Numbered from the stretch's first letter, positions 41,321 to 51,226 are shown. The stretch is 64,000 nucleotides of DNA from Marinoscillum sp. (GCA_042095375.1 JBELBJ010000006.1:1169-65168), one strand, 5' to 3'. The notes: generated by a model from the letters alone, not told the origin. Numbers and translations: made by a program.

Positions 41321-43536
41321 CAATTCCTAAAGTTTATTATAATAAAAATAGATCTTTTTGTTTTTTTTATTTTAACGGCAAAAGAATAAGAATATATAAT
41401 GGTAAGTCAATAGGAGAAAATATTTACCCCAATAAGTTAAAAAATAAAGCACAGGTTCTGAATGAGCTAAATAAATTAAAAGATTCCCTTTTGATTCAAT
41501 TACAAAATAATTGGGTGCCAAATAATTCTTTTAATCAAATTAAACCCCGTCTCAACGAAGAAGAAGAAAATATATCAACTTATGAAAAAAGTATATTTCA
41601 AGAAAGAATCAACTTAGAAATATATAAGAATTCAGAAAATGGATCAAAAATTGCTGCTAATGAGATTGCGGAATTAATAAGAAAAAAACAAAATATAGGA
41701 AAAAATTGTATTTTAGGCTTAGCAACCGGATCATCTCCTATTTCTGTATACAAAGAACTAATTCGAATACATAAAAACGAAGGGCTTAGTTTTAAAAATG
41801 TAATTACATTTAATTTAGATGAATATGTTCCAATGGATCTAAAATCTAAACATAGCTATCATTTTTTTATGTATGAAAACCTATTCAATCATATTGACAT
41901 AAAAAAACAAAATATTTATATACCAAAAGGAGATTTAGAAATCAAAAAAATACAAGACCATTGCATGGACTTTGAGAAAAAAATTAAAGATTATGGGGGT
42001 ATTGATTTACAATTGCTAGGAATAGGAAGAACAGGCCATATTGGATTTAACGAGCCTGGAGCTTTACGCTCCTCAATAACTAGACTAGTAAATATAGATT
42101 TTTTAACAAAATTTGATGCAGCTGAAGAGTTTCAGGGAATTGAAAATGTTCCTTCAAAAGCGATAACTATGGGGGTTCAGACTATACTTAATGCTAAAAA
42201 AATTATTTTATTAGCTTGGGGAGAAGGAAAAAGAACTGTTATTAAAAAATCCGTAGAAGAACCTCCTTCAGAAACAATGCCAGCATCTTATTTACAATAT
42301 CACCCAAATACAAAATTCATTTTAGATAAAGGCTCCTCATCTAATTTAAATAGAATAAGCTGTCCGTGGTTTTATATTGATATAACTACATTTAACCCAG
42401 AAAGAAAAACATCAGATACCATAAAATCATGGAATGATTTTAATATAAAAAAAGCTGTAATATGGTTAAGTCTTAAATTAAAAAAACCAATTTTATTTCT
42501 AACCGATAAAGACTATCAGGAAAATGGAATGTCAAAAATTTTTGAAAAATATACTAATTCCTACAATGCAAACATAAAGGTTTTTAATATGATCCAACAT
42601 ACAATAACTGGATGGCCAGGGGGTAAACCCAATGCAGATGACAGCAAAAGACCTGAGAGATCTAACCCATCAAAAAAAAGATCTTTGATTTTTTCTCCTC
42701 ATCCAGATGATGATGTTATATCAATGGGGGGTACAATTGAAAGGTTAGTAAAACAGGACCATGAAGTTTATATCGCATATCAAGTGTCGGGGAATATTGC
42801 TGTATTTAATGAGGATATTTTACAACAAATAGAAATTATTAAAAGAATGTTTAAGAATATTAGAAAATCATTTACTTTAAGAAACATCATAATTGAATCC
42901 AATTATATTTTTAATCTAATACAAAAAGAAATTCAAAATAAAACCACATCAGACAAATCAATTTTATCAAAATTCAAATCATCAATTAGACAAGCAGAGG
43001 CGATTCAAGCAAGTACTTTTCTGGGTGTAAATAAAAAAAATATTTCATTTCTAGAAATGCCTTTTTATAAAACAGGAAAAGCAAAAAAAAATGAATTAGG
43101 AAAAAAAGATATTTCAATTGTTTCTAAATTAATAGAAAAAATAAAACCTCATCAGATTTTTGCAGCAGGAGACTTAGCTGATCCACATGGAACTCATCGA
43201 TTATGTTTGAACGCTATATTTCAGTCTATTGATAATTTAAAAAAAGAAAGTTTTATGAAAAACTGTTATGTTTGGTTATATAGAGGAGCGTGGAAAGAAT
43301 GGAAAATATATGATATAGATATGTCTGTTCCTCTTACCAATGAACAAGCAATAACAAAAAGAAAGTCAATTTTTAAACACCAAACTCAGAAAGATAGTCC
43401 CGTTTTTCCTGGAAGTGATATGAGAGAATTTTGGCAAAGAGCTGAAGAAAGGAACGCACATACTGCAGAACTATATAAAAGATTGGGTTTTGCTCAATAC
43501 CAAGCAATGGAAGCATTTAAAAGATACATTTTTTAA
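41308..43536 (+). CDS. nagB: Glucosamine-6-phosphate deaminase fused to LmbE/PIG-L-type deacetylase domain, with an unusual extra N-terminal segment
   Basis: NagB core (LGLATGSSP, FNLDEYV, GIGRTGHIGFNEPG) and a C-terminal LmbE motif (SPHPDDDVISMGGT). The first 70 or so residues are not NagB-like. Alternative in-frame starts are TTG 41491 and GTG 41515. Confidence 0.8.
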   Translation: MRQYTIPKVYYNKNRSFCFFYFNGKRIRIYNGKSIGENIYPNKLKNKAQVLNELNKLKDSLLIQLQNNWVPNNSFNQIKPRLNEEEENISTYEKSIFQERINLEIYKNSENGSKIAANEIAELIRKKQNIGKNCILGLATGSSPISVYKELIRIHKNEGLSFKNVITFNLDEYVPMDLKSKHSYHFFMYENLFNHIDIKKQNIYIPKGDLEIKKIQDHCMDFEKKIKDYGGIDLQLLGIGRTGHIGFNEPGALRSSITRLVNIDFLTKFDAAEEFQGIENVPSKAITMGVQTILNAKKIILLAWGEGKRTVIKKSVEEPPSETMPASYLQYHPNTKFILDKGSSSNLNRISCPWFYIDITTFNPERKTSDTIKSWNDFNIKKAVIWLSLKLKKPILFLTDKDYQENGMSKIFEKYTNSYNANIKVFNMIQHTITGWPGGKPNADDSKRPERSNPSKKRSLIFSPHPDDDVISMGGTIERLVKQDHEVYIAYQVSGNIAVFNEDILQQIEIIKRMFKNIRKSFTLRNIIIESNYIFNLIQKEIQNKTTSDKSILSKFKSSIRQAEAIQASTFLGVNKKNISFLEMPFYKTGKAKKNELGKKDISIVSKLIEKIKPHQIFAAGDLADPHGTHRLCLNAIFQSIDNLKKESFMKNCYVWLYRGAWKEWKIYDIDMSVPLTNEQAITKRKSIFKHQTQKDSPVFPGSDMREFWQRAEERNAHTAELYKRLGFAQYQAMEAFKRYIF

Positions 43537-43562
43537 GCGTAACTTTTAAAAGGACAGGAATG

Positions 43563-43635
43563 TGGTGCTGGGCGGACTCGAACCACCGACTCACGGATTT
43601 TCAGTCCGATGCTCTACCACCTGAGCTACAGCACC
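43563..43635 (-). tRNA. tRNA-Phe (anticodon GAA)
   Basis: The reverse complement is GGTGCTGTAGCTCAGGTGGTAGAGCATCGGACTGAAAATCCGTGAGTCGGTGGTTCGAGTCCGCCCAGCACCA. It folds as a cloverleaf by hand: 7-bp acceptor stem, GCTC/GAGC D stem, CTGAAAA anticodon loop and GGTTCGAGTCC T arm. CCA is not encoded. Confidence 0.92.
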
Positions 43636-43710
43636 AAATAAAATCAAGCAAAACTATAGAAATATAAAATATGGGCAAAATAATTTAATTTTAAAATTGT
43701 AAATTATGGT

Positions 43711-45030
43711 ATGATTGAATATTTAGAACAAATAGTATTTATTATAATTTTTTCATTTTTTGTATTTCTAATTTTTAGAAGATCTAAAACTATTTATAGA
43801 AATATCTTTATTGGGAAAAAAGAGTATAAATCGTTTAATAATAAAAGTGAAAAAATAAAAAACGTTTTATTACTTGCCCTCGGCCAAAAAAAAATGTTTA
43901 AAAAAATTATACCAGCCGTTTTACATTTCTTAATATATGTTGGATTTATTCTTATTAACATTGAGGTTTTAGAAATTATTCTTGATGGTGTTTTTGGAAC
44001 TCACAGAGTTTTTGCTTCAATATTTAATAATTCATATAATTATGTAATATCTTTTTTTGAATTTTTAGCAATTCTTGTGATAATCTCATGCGTGTTTTTT
44101 TTAACAAGAAGAAATCTATTGAAAATAGATAGATTCCAAAAAGTTGAATTATTTGGGTGGCCTAATTTAGATGCAAATATTATTCTCATTGCTGAAATCA
44201 TTTTGATGGTTGCGATCTTAACTATGAATGCTGCAGACTTGTCATTACAAAGTATTAATTCAACAAACTATACAAAAACTGGTTTATTTATTTTTTCAAA
44301 TTCTTTAACTCCTTTACTAAGTAGCTATGATGAAAGCCAATTGATTTTTATTGAGAGGACTGCATGGTGGATTCATATAGTTGGAATATTTTCTTTCGCT
44401 CTTTATGTCACATATTCAAAACATCTTCATATATTTTTAGCATTTCCAAATACTTACCATGCTAATAATGAGTCTTTGGGAAAAATGAAAAATATGCCAG
44501 AAATAACTTCAGAAATTAATATGATGTTAGGAATTACTAATAATCCTGAAGTTCAAGAGCAACCAACAAATAGGTTTGGTGCCAAAGACATTAGTGATTT
44601 ATCATGGAAAAATTTACTTGATGCCTATTCATGTACTGAATGTGGAAGGTGTACGGAAGAATGTCCAGCAAATTTAACAGGCAAAAAGCTTTCGCCGAGA
44701 AAAATAATGATGGATACCAGAGATAGAGCAGAAGAATATGGGGAGATTCTTGATAAAAATAAAAACCCAGATATTGAAAATTTTCTTTTAGACTCATATA
44801 TAACAAGAGAAGAAATTAATGCATGTACTAGTTGTAATGCATGTACTGAAGCTTGTCCCATTAATATAAATCCTCTTGAAATTATTTTAGAGCTTAGAAG
44901 ATATGTAGCTCTAGAAGAATCTAAGGCTCCAAATGAATGGAATATGATGTTTCAGAATATTGAAACAAATTTTTCTCCATGGAAATTTCCAATAGAAGAT
45001 AGGTTTAAATGGAATAAAGAAAATAAATGA
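43711..45030 (+). CDS. Membrane-bound (Fe-S)-binding oxidoreductase subunit (two 4Fe-4S ferredoxin motifs)
   Basis: Multi-TM N-terminal half and CTECGRCTEECP plus CTSCNACTEACP in the C-terminal part. Confidence 0.8.
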   Translation: MIEYLEQIVFIIIFSFFVFLIFRRSKTIYRNIFIGKKEYKSFNNKSEKIKNVLLLALGQKKMFKKIIPAVLHFLIYVGFILINIEVLEIILDGVFGTHRVFASIFNNSYNYVISFFEFLAILVIISCVFFLTRRNLLKIDRFQKVELFGWPNLDANIILIAEIILMVAILTMNAADLSLQSINSTNYTKTGLFIFSNSLTPLLSSYDESQLIFIERTAWWIHIVGIFSFALYVTYSKHLHIFLAFPNTYHANNESLGKMKNMPEITSEINMMLGITNNPEVQEQPTNRFGAKDISDLSWKNLLDAYSCTECGRCTEECPANLTGKKLSPRKIMMDTRDRAEEYGEILDKNKNPDIENFLLDSYITREEINACTSCNACTEACPININPLEIILELRRYVALEESKAPNEWNMMFQNIETNFSPWKFPIEDRFKWNKENK

Positions 45031-45815
45031 ATTCAAAAACCATTTCAATAAAAGAACTAATTGAATCTGGTAATCCACCTGAAATTTTATTTTGGGTTGG
45101 ATGTGCAGGGTCATATGATGAAAGATATAAAAAGGTCACTAAATCTTTTGTTAAAATATTAAACGAATTGAATATTAATTATGGAGTACTAGGAAAAGAA
45201 GAAGGATGCACCGGGGATCCAGCAAGAAGAGCTGGTAATGAATACCTTTTTCAAATGCAAGCAATAAATAACATAAATTTATTAAATACATACAATGTAA
45301 AAAAAATAGTTACTGCCTGTCCACATTGTTTTAATACAATCAAAAATGAATATCCTGCTTTAGGTGGAGAATATGAAGTTCAACACCATTCAGAGTTTTT
45401 AGAGGAATTAATTAATGATGGAAAAATTCAAATTAAAAAATCAAAAGAAAAAATAACTTATCATGACTCATGCTACCTTGGTAGAGCAAATAATATCTAT
45501 TCCGCACCAAGAAAAGTAATTGAATCGCTAAAGGGTGATTTAATAGAAATGAAAAGAAATAAACAAAATGGTTTATGTTGTGGCGCAGGGGGAGCACAGA
45601 TGTTTAAAGAAGCTGAAAAGGGTAAAAAATCTATAAATATTGAGAGAATAGAAGAAGCAGTTGATTCAGGGGCAACTACGATTGCTTCAGCTTGCCCATT
45701 TTGTTTAACAATGATGTCAGATGGTATAAAAGAAAAAAATCAAGAGGAAAACATTAAAACAAAAGATATCGTTGAAATATTAGTAGAAAATATAAAATCA
45801 AAAAAACAGAACTAA
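45027..45815 (+). CDS. (Fe-S)-binding protein with two CCG cysteine-rich domains (HdrD/GlpC-like)
   Basis: CPHCFNT...CCGAGG and ACPFCLTM match the CCG-domain pattern. A 4-nt ATGA overlap links it to the upstream subunit. Confidence 0.8.
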   Translation: MNSKTISIKELIESGNPPEILFWVGCAGSYDERYKKVTKSFVKILNELNINYGVLGKEEGCTGDPARRAGNEYLFQMQAINNINLLNTYNVKKIVTACPHCFNTIKNEYPALGGEYEVQHHSEFLEELINDGKIQIKKSKEKITYHDSCYLGRANNIYSAPRKVIESLKGDLIEMKRNKQNGLCCGAGGAQMFKEAEKGKKSINIERIEEAVDSGATTIASACPFCLTMMSDGIKEKNQEENIKTKDIVEILVENIKSKKQN

Positions 45816-45849
45816 GTATAAAAATTCATTTTTTGATTAGCTTTATATT

Positions 45850-46350
45850 ATGTTTATTCCATTCAATAAAATATCTGAAAACTATACATGCTGGGTTTAT
45901 CAAATAGGAAAAATGATAACACATACAGAGAAAGATTTTATTTCAAAAAGTTTAGAGGCCTTTTGTGAAAAATGGATGTCTCATAATAACTCTGTAAAAT
46001 CATCATATGTTATTGATTTTAATTCTTTTATAATTTTATTTGCAGATCAAAGCATAAATAAAGTTAGTGGTTGTGCAATAGATGAACAGTCTAGAATTAT
46101 AAGAAAAATAGGCAACAACTTAAACATTAAAATTTTACCATATATTAATACTGGTGTTTTTTTTAAAAACAAGTTGGTATTTTTATCTAAAGAAGAAATG
46201 GTATCAAAATTAAATTCCAATGAAATAAATGGTGACTCAGATATAATTAATATCACTATTAAAAGTAAAAAAGATTACGAAGAAAAATGGATATTAAAAA
46301 TAAAAGAATCATGGCTCAATAATTTTTTAGCACAAAAACAACATATATAA
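45850..46350 (+). CDS. Conserved hypothetical protein
   Basis: 166 aa. It resembles a Flavobacteriia family often labelled 'ABC transporter ATPase', although no Walker motif is visible here (WVYQ...W.SH...GCAIDEQSR). Confidence 0.5.
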   Translation: MFIPFNKISENYTCWVYQIGKMITHTEKDFISKSLEAFCEKWMSHNNSVKSSYVIDFNSFIILFADQSINKVSGCAIDEQSRIIRKIGNNLNIKILPYINTGVFFKNKLVFLSKEEMVSKLNSNEINGDSDIINITIKSKKDYEEKWILKIKESWLNNFLAQKQHI

Positions 46351-46351
46351 G

Positions 46352-48301
46352 ATGCGAAAATTGCTTAGTTTAATAATATTAATTTTTATAATTCAATCAT
46401 GTGTGACAACAAAGTCTGCATTAAAAAATTTTAATAATGCAGAATATAATAGCGCTGCCGAAAAATATAATCAAATTGTCAAAGAAGATGATCCAAAAAT
46501 AAATTTTCTTCTTGCCGAATCATATCGAAAATCTAACCAAATTAAAAAGTCATCGGATTATTATAAAAAAGCTATCGAGAATGGATATAAAGATGAAATA
46601 GCTCATTACTATTTAGCACTATCTCTTAAAGCAAATAGTAAAATTAATGAAGCAATAACTACAATAAATAATTACATTCAAAAGGGAAAAAATGAAAAAT
46701 ATATTGCATATTCAAAAGCTGAATTAAAAAATTTAAATAAATTAAAAAATTATCCAGACTCAAGTTATTATTCTGTAAAAAACCTTGAAGCTGTTAATAG
46801 TAACCTCACCGAATACTCACCTACATATTCTAATGGAAAATTATTTTTTGTATCAAATAGAGATACTGAAAAAAGATACAAAGGAACAGGAACACCATTT
46901 ACAGACATTTATGAAATAAAGACAAAAGGAGCAGTCGTTGATCAAAACTCGCTCAAAATATTACCTAATAACATAAACCATGAAGAGGTAAATGAAGGCT
47001 CAATAACTTTTTCAAAAGATGGAATGTTTATGATTTTTGCTAAGGGGAATGATGGAAAAAGTTCTGGAAGAAATAATGTAGACCTATACTATTCTAGATA
47101 TAGAAGTAATAAATGGCAAACACCAAGATTATTAAACATAAACAACTCTAAAAGTTGGGACTCAACACCATTTTTAAGTATTGATGGAAAAACATTATAT
47201 TTTGCATCTAATAGATCTAATGGTTACGGAGGAACAGATATTTATAAAGCAAACCTAAATAAAAGGGGAAGATGGATCAATCTGCAAAATTTAGGACCTG
47301 AAATCAATACACCTGGAAATGAAATGTATCCATATATATCAGAAGATGGGAAGTTATATTTTGCTTCTGATTATCATTTAGGTTTTGGTGGTTTAGACAT
47401 AATGATTGCAACTAGAAAGGGAGGAGAAATTTCTATAGTAAACCCAGGAAAACCTTTGAATTCTGAAGGTGATGATTTTGGAATTTACTTTTTTAATCAA
47501 ACAAAAGGATTTTTTACATCAAATAGAATTGGAGGAAAAGGTGATGATGATATTTATACTTTTGTTAATAATGATCCTGAATTAAAAATTGTAAATTATA
47601 AATTAACTGGAAATACATTAACACCAGAAAATGAAAACTCCTACCTAACTCTTGATAATAGTACTGTTAAATTAACCGATAGAGATAATAATATTATTGA
47701 GGAAACATTTACAGGAAACGATGGTTCTTTTTCCTTTATTGTTTATCCAGAAGAAGAATATTTTTTAGTTGGAGAAAAAGAAAACTATTTCAACTCAAGA
47801 GTTGAGTTTAGTACATTAGGAAAAACTGCTGACAAAGCAAAATTAAAAGATTTTGTAACAAATATTTCTTTTGAAAAAAACCTTATTCTAGAAAAAATAA
47901 TTCTAAATAAATCTATTGTACTGGAAAATATTTATTATGATTTAGATAAAGCTGATATTAGAAATGATGCTGCATTAGAACTTAATAAACTCATTAGAAT
48001 TTTAATAGATAATCCAAAAATATCAATAGAACTGAGCTCGCATACTGATGATAGAGCAACTGTTGAGTATAATTTGAATTTATCACAAAGAAGAGCAGAG
48101 TCTGCTGTAAATTACATAATATCTAAGGGTATAAATAAAAATAGATTAATTGCTAAGGGATATGGAGAATCAGAACTAATCATAAAAAATGCATCTAGCG
48201 AGGAAGAGCATCAAATAAATAGAAGAACTGAATTTAAAGTAACTAAATATGAAGAGAATGAATCAGAGAGTGATGAAGAAAGGTTTTTTAATAATCAATA
48301 A
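46352..48301 (+). CDS. OmpA-family lipoprotein with TPR, TolB-like (PD40) repeats and C-terminal OmpA peptidoglycan-binding domain
   Basis: Lipobox IIQSCVT, PD40-like units (LYFASNR..GYGGTDIY, LYFASDY) and a C-terminal OmpA motif (NIYYDLDKADIR...NRRTEF). Confidence 0.8.
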   Translation: MRKLLSLIILIFIIQSCVTTKSALKNFNNAEYNSAAEKYNQIVKEDDPKINFLLAESYRKSNQIKKSSDYYKKAIENGYKDEIAHYYLALSLKANSKINEAITTINNYIQKGKNEKYIAYSKAELKNLNKLKNYPDSSYYSVKNLEAVNSNLTEYSPTYSNGKLFFVSNRDTEKRYKGTGTPFTDIYEIKTKGAVVDQNSLKILPNNINHEEVNEGSITFSKDGMFMIFAKGNDGKSSGRNNVDLYYSRYRSNKWQTPRLLNINNSKSWDSTPFLSIDGKTLYFASNRSNGYGGTDIYKANLNKRGRWINLQNLGPEINTPGNEMYPYISEDGKLYFASDYHLGFGGLDIMIATRKGGEISIVNPGKPLNSEGDDFGIYFFNQTKGFFTSNRIGGKGDDDIYTFVNNDPELKIVNYKLTGNTLTPENENSYLTLDNSTVKLTDRDNNIIEETFTGNDGSFSFIVYPEEEYFLVGEKENYFNSRVEFSTLGKTADKAKLKDFVTNISFEKNLILEKIILNKSIVLENIYYDLDKADIRNDAALELNKLIRILIDNPKISIELSSHTDDRATVEYNLNLSQRRAESAVNYIISKGINKNRLIAKGYGESELIIKNASSEEEHQINRRTEFKVTKYEENESESDEERFFNNQ

Positions 48302-48306
48302 ATAAA

Positions 48307-49464
48307 ATGTCAAATAGGTATTTAGAAAGAGGTGTATCAGCAATAAAGGAAGATGTTCACAATGCTATTAAAAATGAAAATAAGGGTTTGTTTGAAAACA
48401 CTTTTTGCAAGGTTATTCCAGATGTTGTTTCAGGAAGTTTAGACTATTGTAATATATTGCATGCAGATGGAGCGGGAACAAAATCTATTTTAGCTTATTT
48501 GTATTGGAAAGAAACTGGAGATATAAGCGTTTGGAAAGGAATTGCTCAAGATGCATTAATAATGAATATTGATGATATGATTTGTGTTGGAGCTTGCAAT
48601 AATTTCGTTATGTCTTCAACTATAGGTAGAAATAAACATCTTATACCAGGAGATGTAATTACAGAAATAATTAAGGGTAATAATGAAGTTATAAATACTC
48701 TTAGCAAATATGATATAAATATTTTTTCATCAGGAGGTGAAACCGCTGATGTTGGTGACATTACAAAAACAATAATTGTTGATAGCACCGTATTTGCAAG
48801 AGAAAAAAGAGAAAACATTATTGAATTAAATTTAAAAAATAAAGATGTTATAATTGGGTTATCATCATCAGGAAAATCAAAATACGAAAAAGAATTTAAT
48901 AGCGGAATTGGAAGTAATGGTTTAACATCTGCCCGTCATGATATACTAAATAATGTTTATTCAGAAAAATATCCTGAAACGTATAGCGAAGAAACACCAG
49001 AAGATCTGGTTTATTGTGGAAATCATTTATTAACTGACAAACACCAATTATATAAAAATATTGGAAAAATGTTACTTTCTCCAACAAGAACATACTCTCC
49101 TATAATAAAAAAAGTTCTAGAAGAACATAGAAAAAATATATCAGGAATTATTCACTGTACTGGAGGTGGGCAAACAAAAGTTTTAAATTTTTTAAATAAT
49201 CATAGGGTGGTAAAAAATAATTTATTCGAAATACCTGAAATATTTAAAATAATCCACGAGGATACCAAATGCTCTTTAAAAGAAATGTATCAAGTATTTA
49301 ACATGGGTCATAGAATGGAAGTATATTGTAAAAAAGAATTATCAGAATCTATCATTAAAATATCAAAGGAGTTTGGTGTAGATGCAAAGGTTATTGGGCA
49401 TGTTGAAAAATCATCAAAAAATAAACTAATTATTGAATCAGAAAATAGTACTATTGAGTACTAA
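48307..49464 (+). CDS. AIR synthase-related protein (PurM-like)
   Basis: RGVSAIKEDVH...ADGAGTKS...DALIMNIDDMICVGA is the PurM-fold N-terminal pattern, in a long flavobacterial form of about 385 aa. Confidence 0.75.
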   Translation: MSNRYLERGVSAIKEDVHNAIKNENKGLFENTFCKVIPDVVSGSLDYCNILHADGAGTKSILAYLYWKETGDISVWKGIAQDALIMNIDDMICVGACNNFVMSSTIGRNKHLIPGDVITEIIKGNNEVINTLSKYDINIFSSGGETADVGDITKTIIVDSTVFAREKRENIIELNLKNKDVIIGLSSSGKSKYEKEFNSGIGSNGLTSARHDILNNVYSEKYPETYSEETPEDLVYCGNHLLTDKHQLYKNIGKMLLSPTRTYSPIIKKVLEEHRKNISGIIHCTGGGQTKVLNFLNNHRVVKNNLFEIPEIFKIIHEDTKCSLKEMYQVFNMGHRMEVYCKKELSESIIKISKEFGVDAKVIGHVEKSSKNKLIIESENSTIEY

Positions 49465-49485
49465 ATTTTAACTTTTATAATAATT

Positions 49486-51186
49486 ATGAAGTATAAACAA
49501 GATAACAATAAACTTGTTAAAGATTTAAAAGTAATAGTTGGCCACAAATATATAATTACAGACGAATGGAATAAAGAAACTTTTTGTAAGGGGTGGAGAT
49601 ATGGAGAAGGTAAAGCATTAGCAGTAGCTAAACCAGGAACATTACTTGAAATTTGGAAGATACTCAAGATTTGTGTAGATAATGATATTATTATTATTAT
49701 GCAAGCTGCTAACACCGGTTTAACTGGTGGTTCTACTCCTTATGGTAATAATTATGATCGTCCAATTATAATTATAAATACCATGCGAATCAGTGACATT
49801 CATATTATTAATGAAGGCAAACAAATTATAGGTCTTTCAGGTAGTACATTATATGATTTAGAAAAGAAATTAGAACCATTAGATAGAGAACCCCATTCAG
49901 TAATAGGATCAACCAGTATAGGAGCTTCTATAATCGGTGGAGTTTGTAATAACTCTGGTGGCTCTTTAGTTAAAAGAGGTCCTGCATATACCGAATTGGC
50001 TTTATATGCTAGAGTGAATTCAAATGGAAAGTTAGAATTGATTAATGAATTAGAAATCAATTTAGGTTCTAAGCCAGAAGAAATTTTAAATAATTTACAA
50101 AATAGAAACTATAATAAATCTGACATTCTAAATTCTAATAAATTAGCGTCCGATAATAAGTATTCTGAAATAGTTAGAGAAATTAATTCAAAAACTCCAG
50201 CAAGATTCAATTCTGATGATAGGCTATTGTATGGAGCTTCAGGTAGTTCAGGGAAAATTGTTGTTTTTGCAGTAAGATTAGATACATACCCTACACCAAA
50301 ACAAAATAAAGTATTCTATGTTGGTTGTAACAACCCTGATGTTTTTTGGAAATTAAGAAGAGATATTCTTTCAAAATTTAAAACACTTCCTAAACTAGGT
50401 GATTATTTGCATAGAAATTGTTATGATGCTGCAAAAAAATACAGTAAAGACACTTTCGTTGTAATAGAAAAATTAGGAACAAAATTTCTTCCTACGCTTT
50501 TCGAATTAAAGAGAAAAGTAGATTTATTGTCAAAAAAATTTAAATTCCTTCCTGATAAATTATCTGATAAATTAATGCAATTTTTAAGTAATTTTTGGCC
50601 AAACCATTTGCCAAAAAGAATGGAACAGTTTCGAAATAAATATGAACATCACTGGATCATTGAAATGTCAGACGAAGGTATTGATGAAGCAAAATTATAC
50701 TTTGAAAAATTTTTTAAAGATAACGAAGGAGAGTTTTTTGAATGTACTAAAAAAGAAGGTAAAAAGGCACTTCTACATCGATTTGTTGCAGCAAGTGCTT
50801 TTGGTCGTTTTCATACCATTCATAAAAAAAATTTAGGAGAAGAATTATCTTTAGATATAGCTTTTCCTCGTAATGAAAAAGATTGGTTTGAAAAGTTACC
50901 CTCAGAAATTGATGATTTACTTGAAATCAAACTATATTATGGCCATTTATTTTGTCATGTATTACACCAAAATTATATTCTTAAAAAAGGGGTAAATGCT
51001 GAAACATTAAAACAAAAATTATTAAAAACTTTTAACAATAGAGGAGCTGAATACCCCGCAGAACATAATGTTGGACATGAATATTACGCAAAACCATCTT
51101 TATTAAATTTTTATAAAAAATTGGACCCAACTAATAGTTTTAATCCTGGTGTGGGGTGTACTAGTAAGCATAAAAACTGGAAATAG
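49486..51186 (+). CDS. dld: Quinone-dependent D-lactate dehydrogenase (FAD)
   Basis: Collinear with my recollection of E. coli Dld over the full length (IIIMQAANTGLTGGSTP, REPHSVIGSTSIGASIIGGVCNNSGGSLV, YPAEHNVGH, DPTNSFNPGVG). Confidence 0.9.
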   Translation: MKYKQDNNKLVKDLKVIVGHKYIITDEWNKETFCKGWRYGEGKALAVAKPGTLLEIWKILKICVDNDIIIIMQAANTGLTGGSTPYGNNYDRPIIIINTMRISDIHIINEGKQIIGLSGSTLYDLEKKLEPLDREPHSVIGSTSIGASIIGGVCNNSGGSLVKRGPAYTELALYARVNSNGKLELINELEINLGSKPEEILNNLQNRNYNKSDILNSNKLASDNKYSEIVREINSKTPARFNSDDRLLYGASGSSGKIVVFAVRLDTYPTPKQNKVFYVGCNNPDVFWKLRRDILSKFKTLPKLGDYLHRNCYDAAKKYSKDTFVVIEKLGTKFLPTLFELKRKVDLLSKKFKFLPDKLSDKLMQFLSNFWPNHLPKRMEQFRNKYEHHWIIEMSDEGIDEAKLYFEKFFKDNEGEFFECTKKEGKKALLHRFVAASAFGRFHTIHKKNLGEELSLDIAFPRNEKDWFEKLPSEIDDLLEIKLYYGHLFCHVLHQNYILKKGVNAETLKQKLLKTFNNRGAEYPAEHNVGHEYYAKPSLLNFYKKLDPTNSFNPGVGCTSKHKNWK

Positions 51187-51226
51187 AACTAATTTTTTAT
51201 TATTTGATAATTATCATCTTAAATTA

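Noticed and set aside
43711-45815. The Fe-S protein pair as one gene split by a frameshift (pseudogene)
   Set aside because: The junction is a clean ATGA stop/start overlap. Each part has a complete domain set: membrane plus 2x4Fe-4S, and 2xCCG. As far as I recall, this two-gene layout is the usual one in Flavobacteriia.
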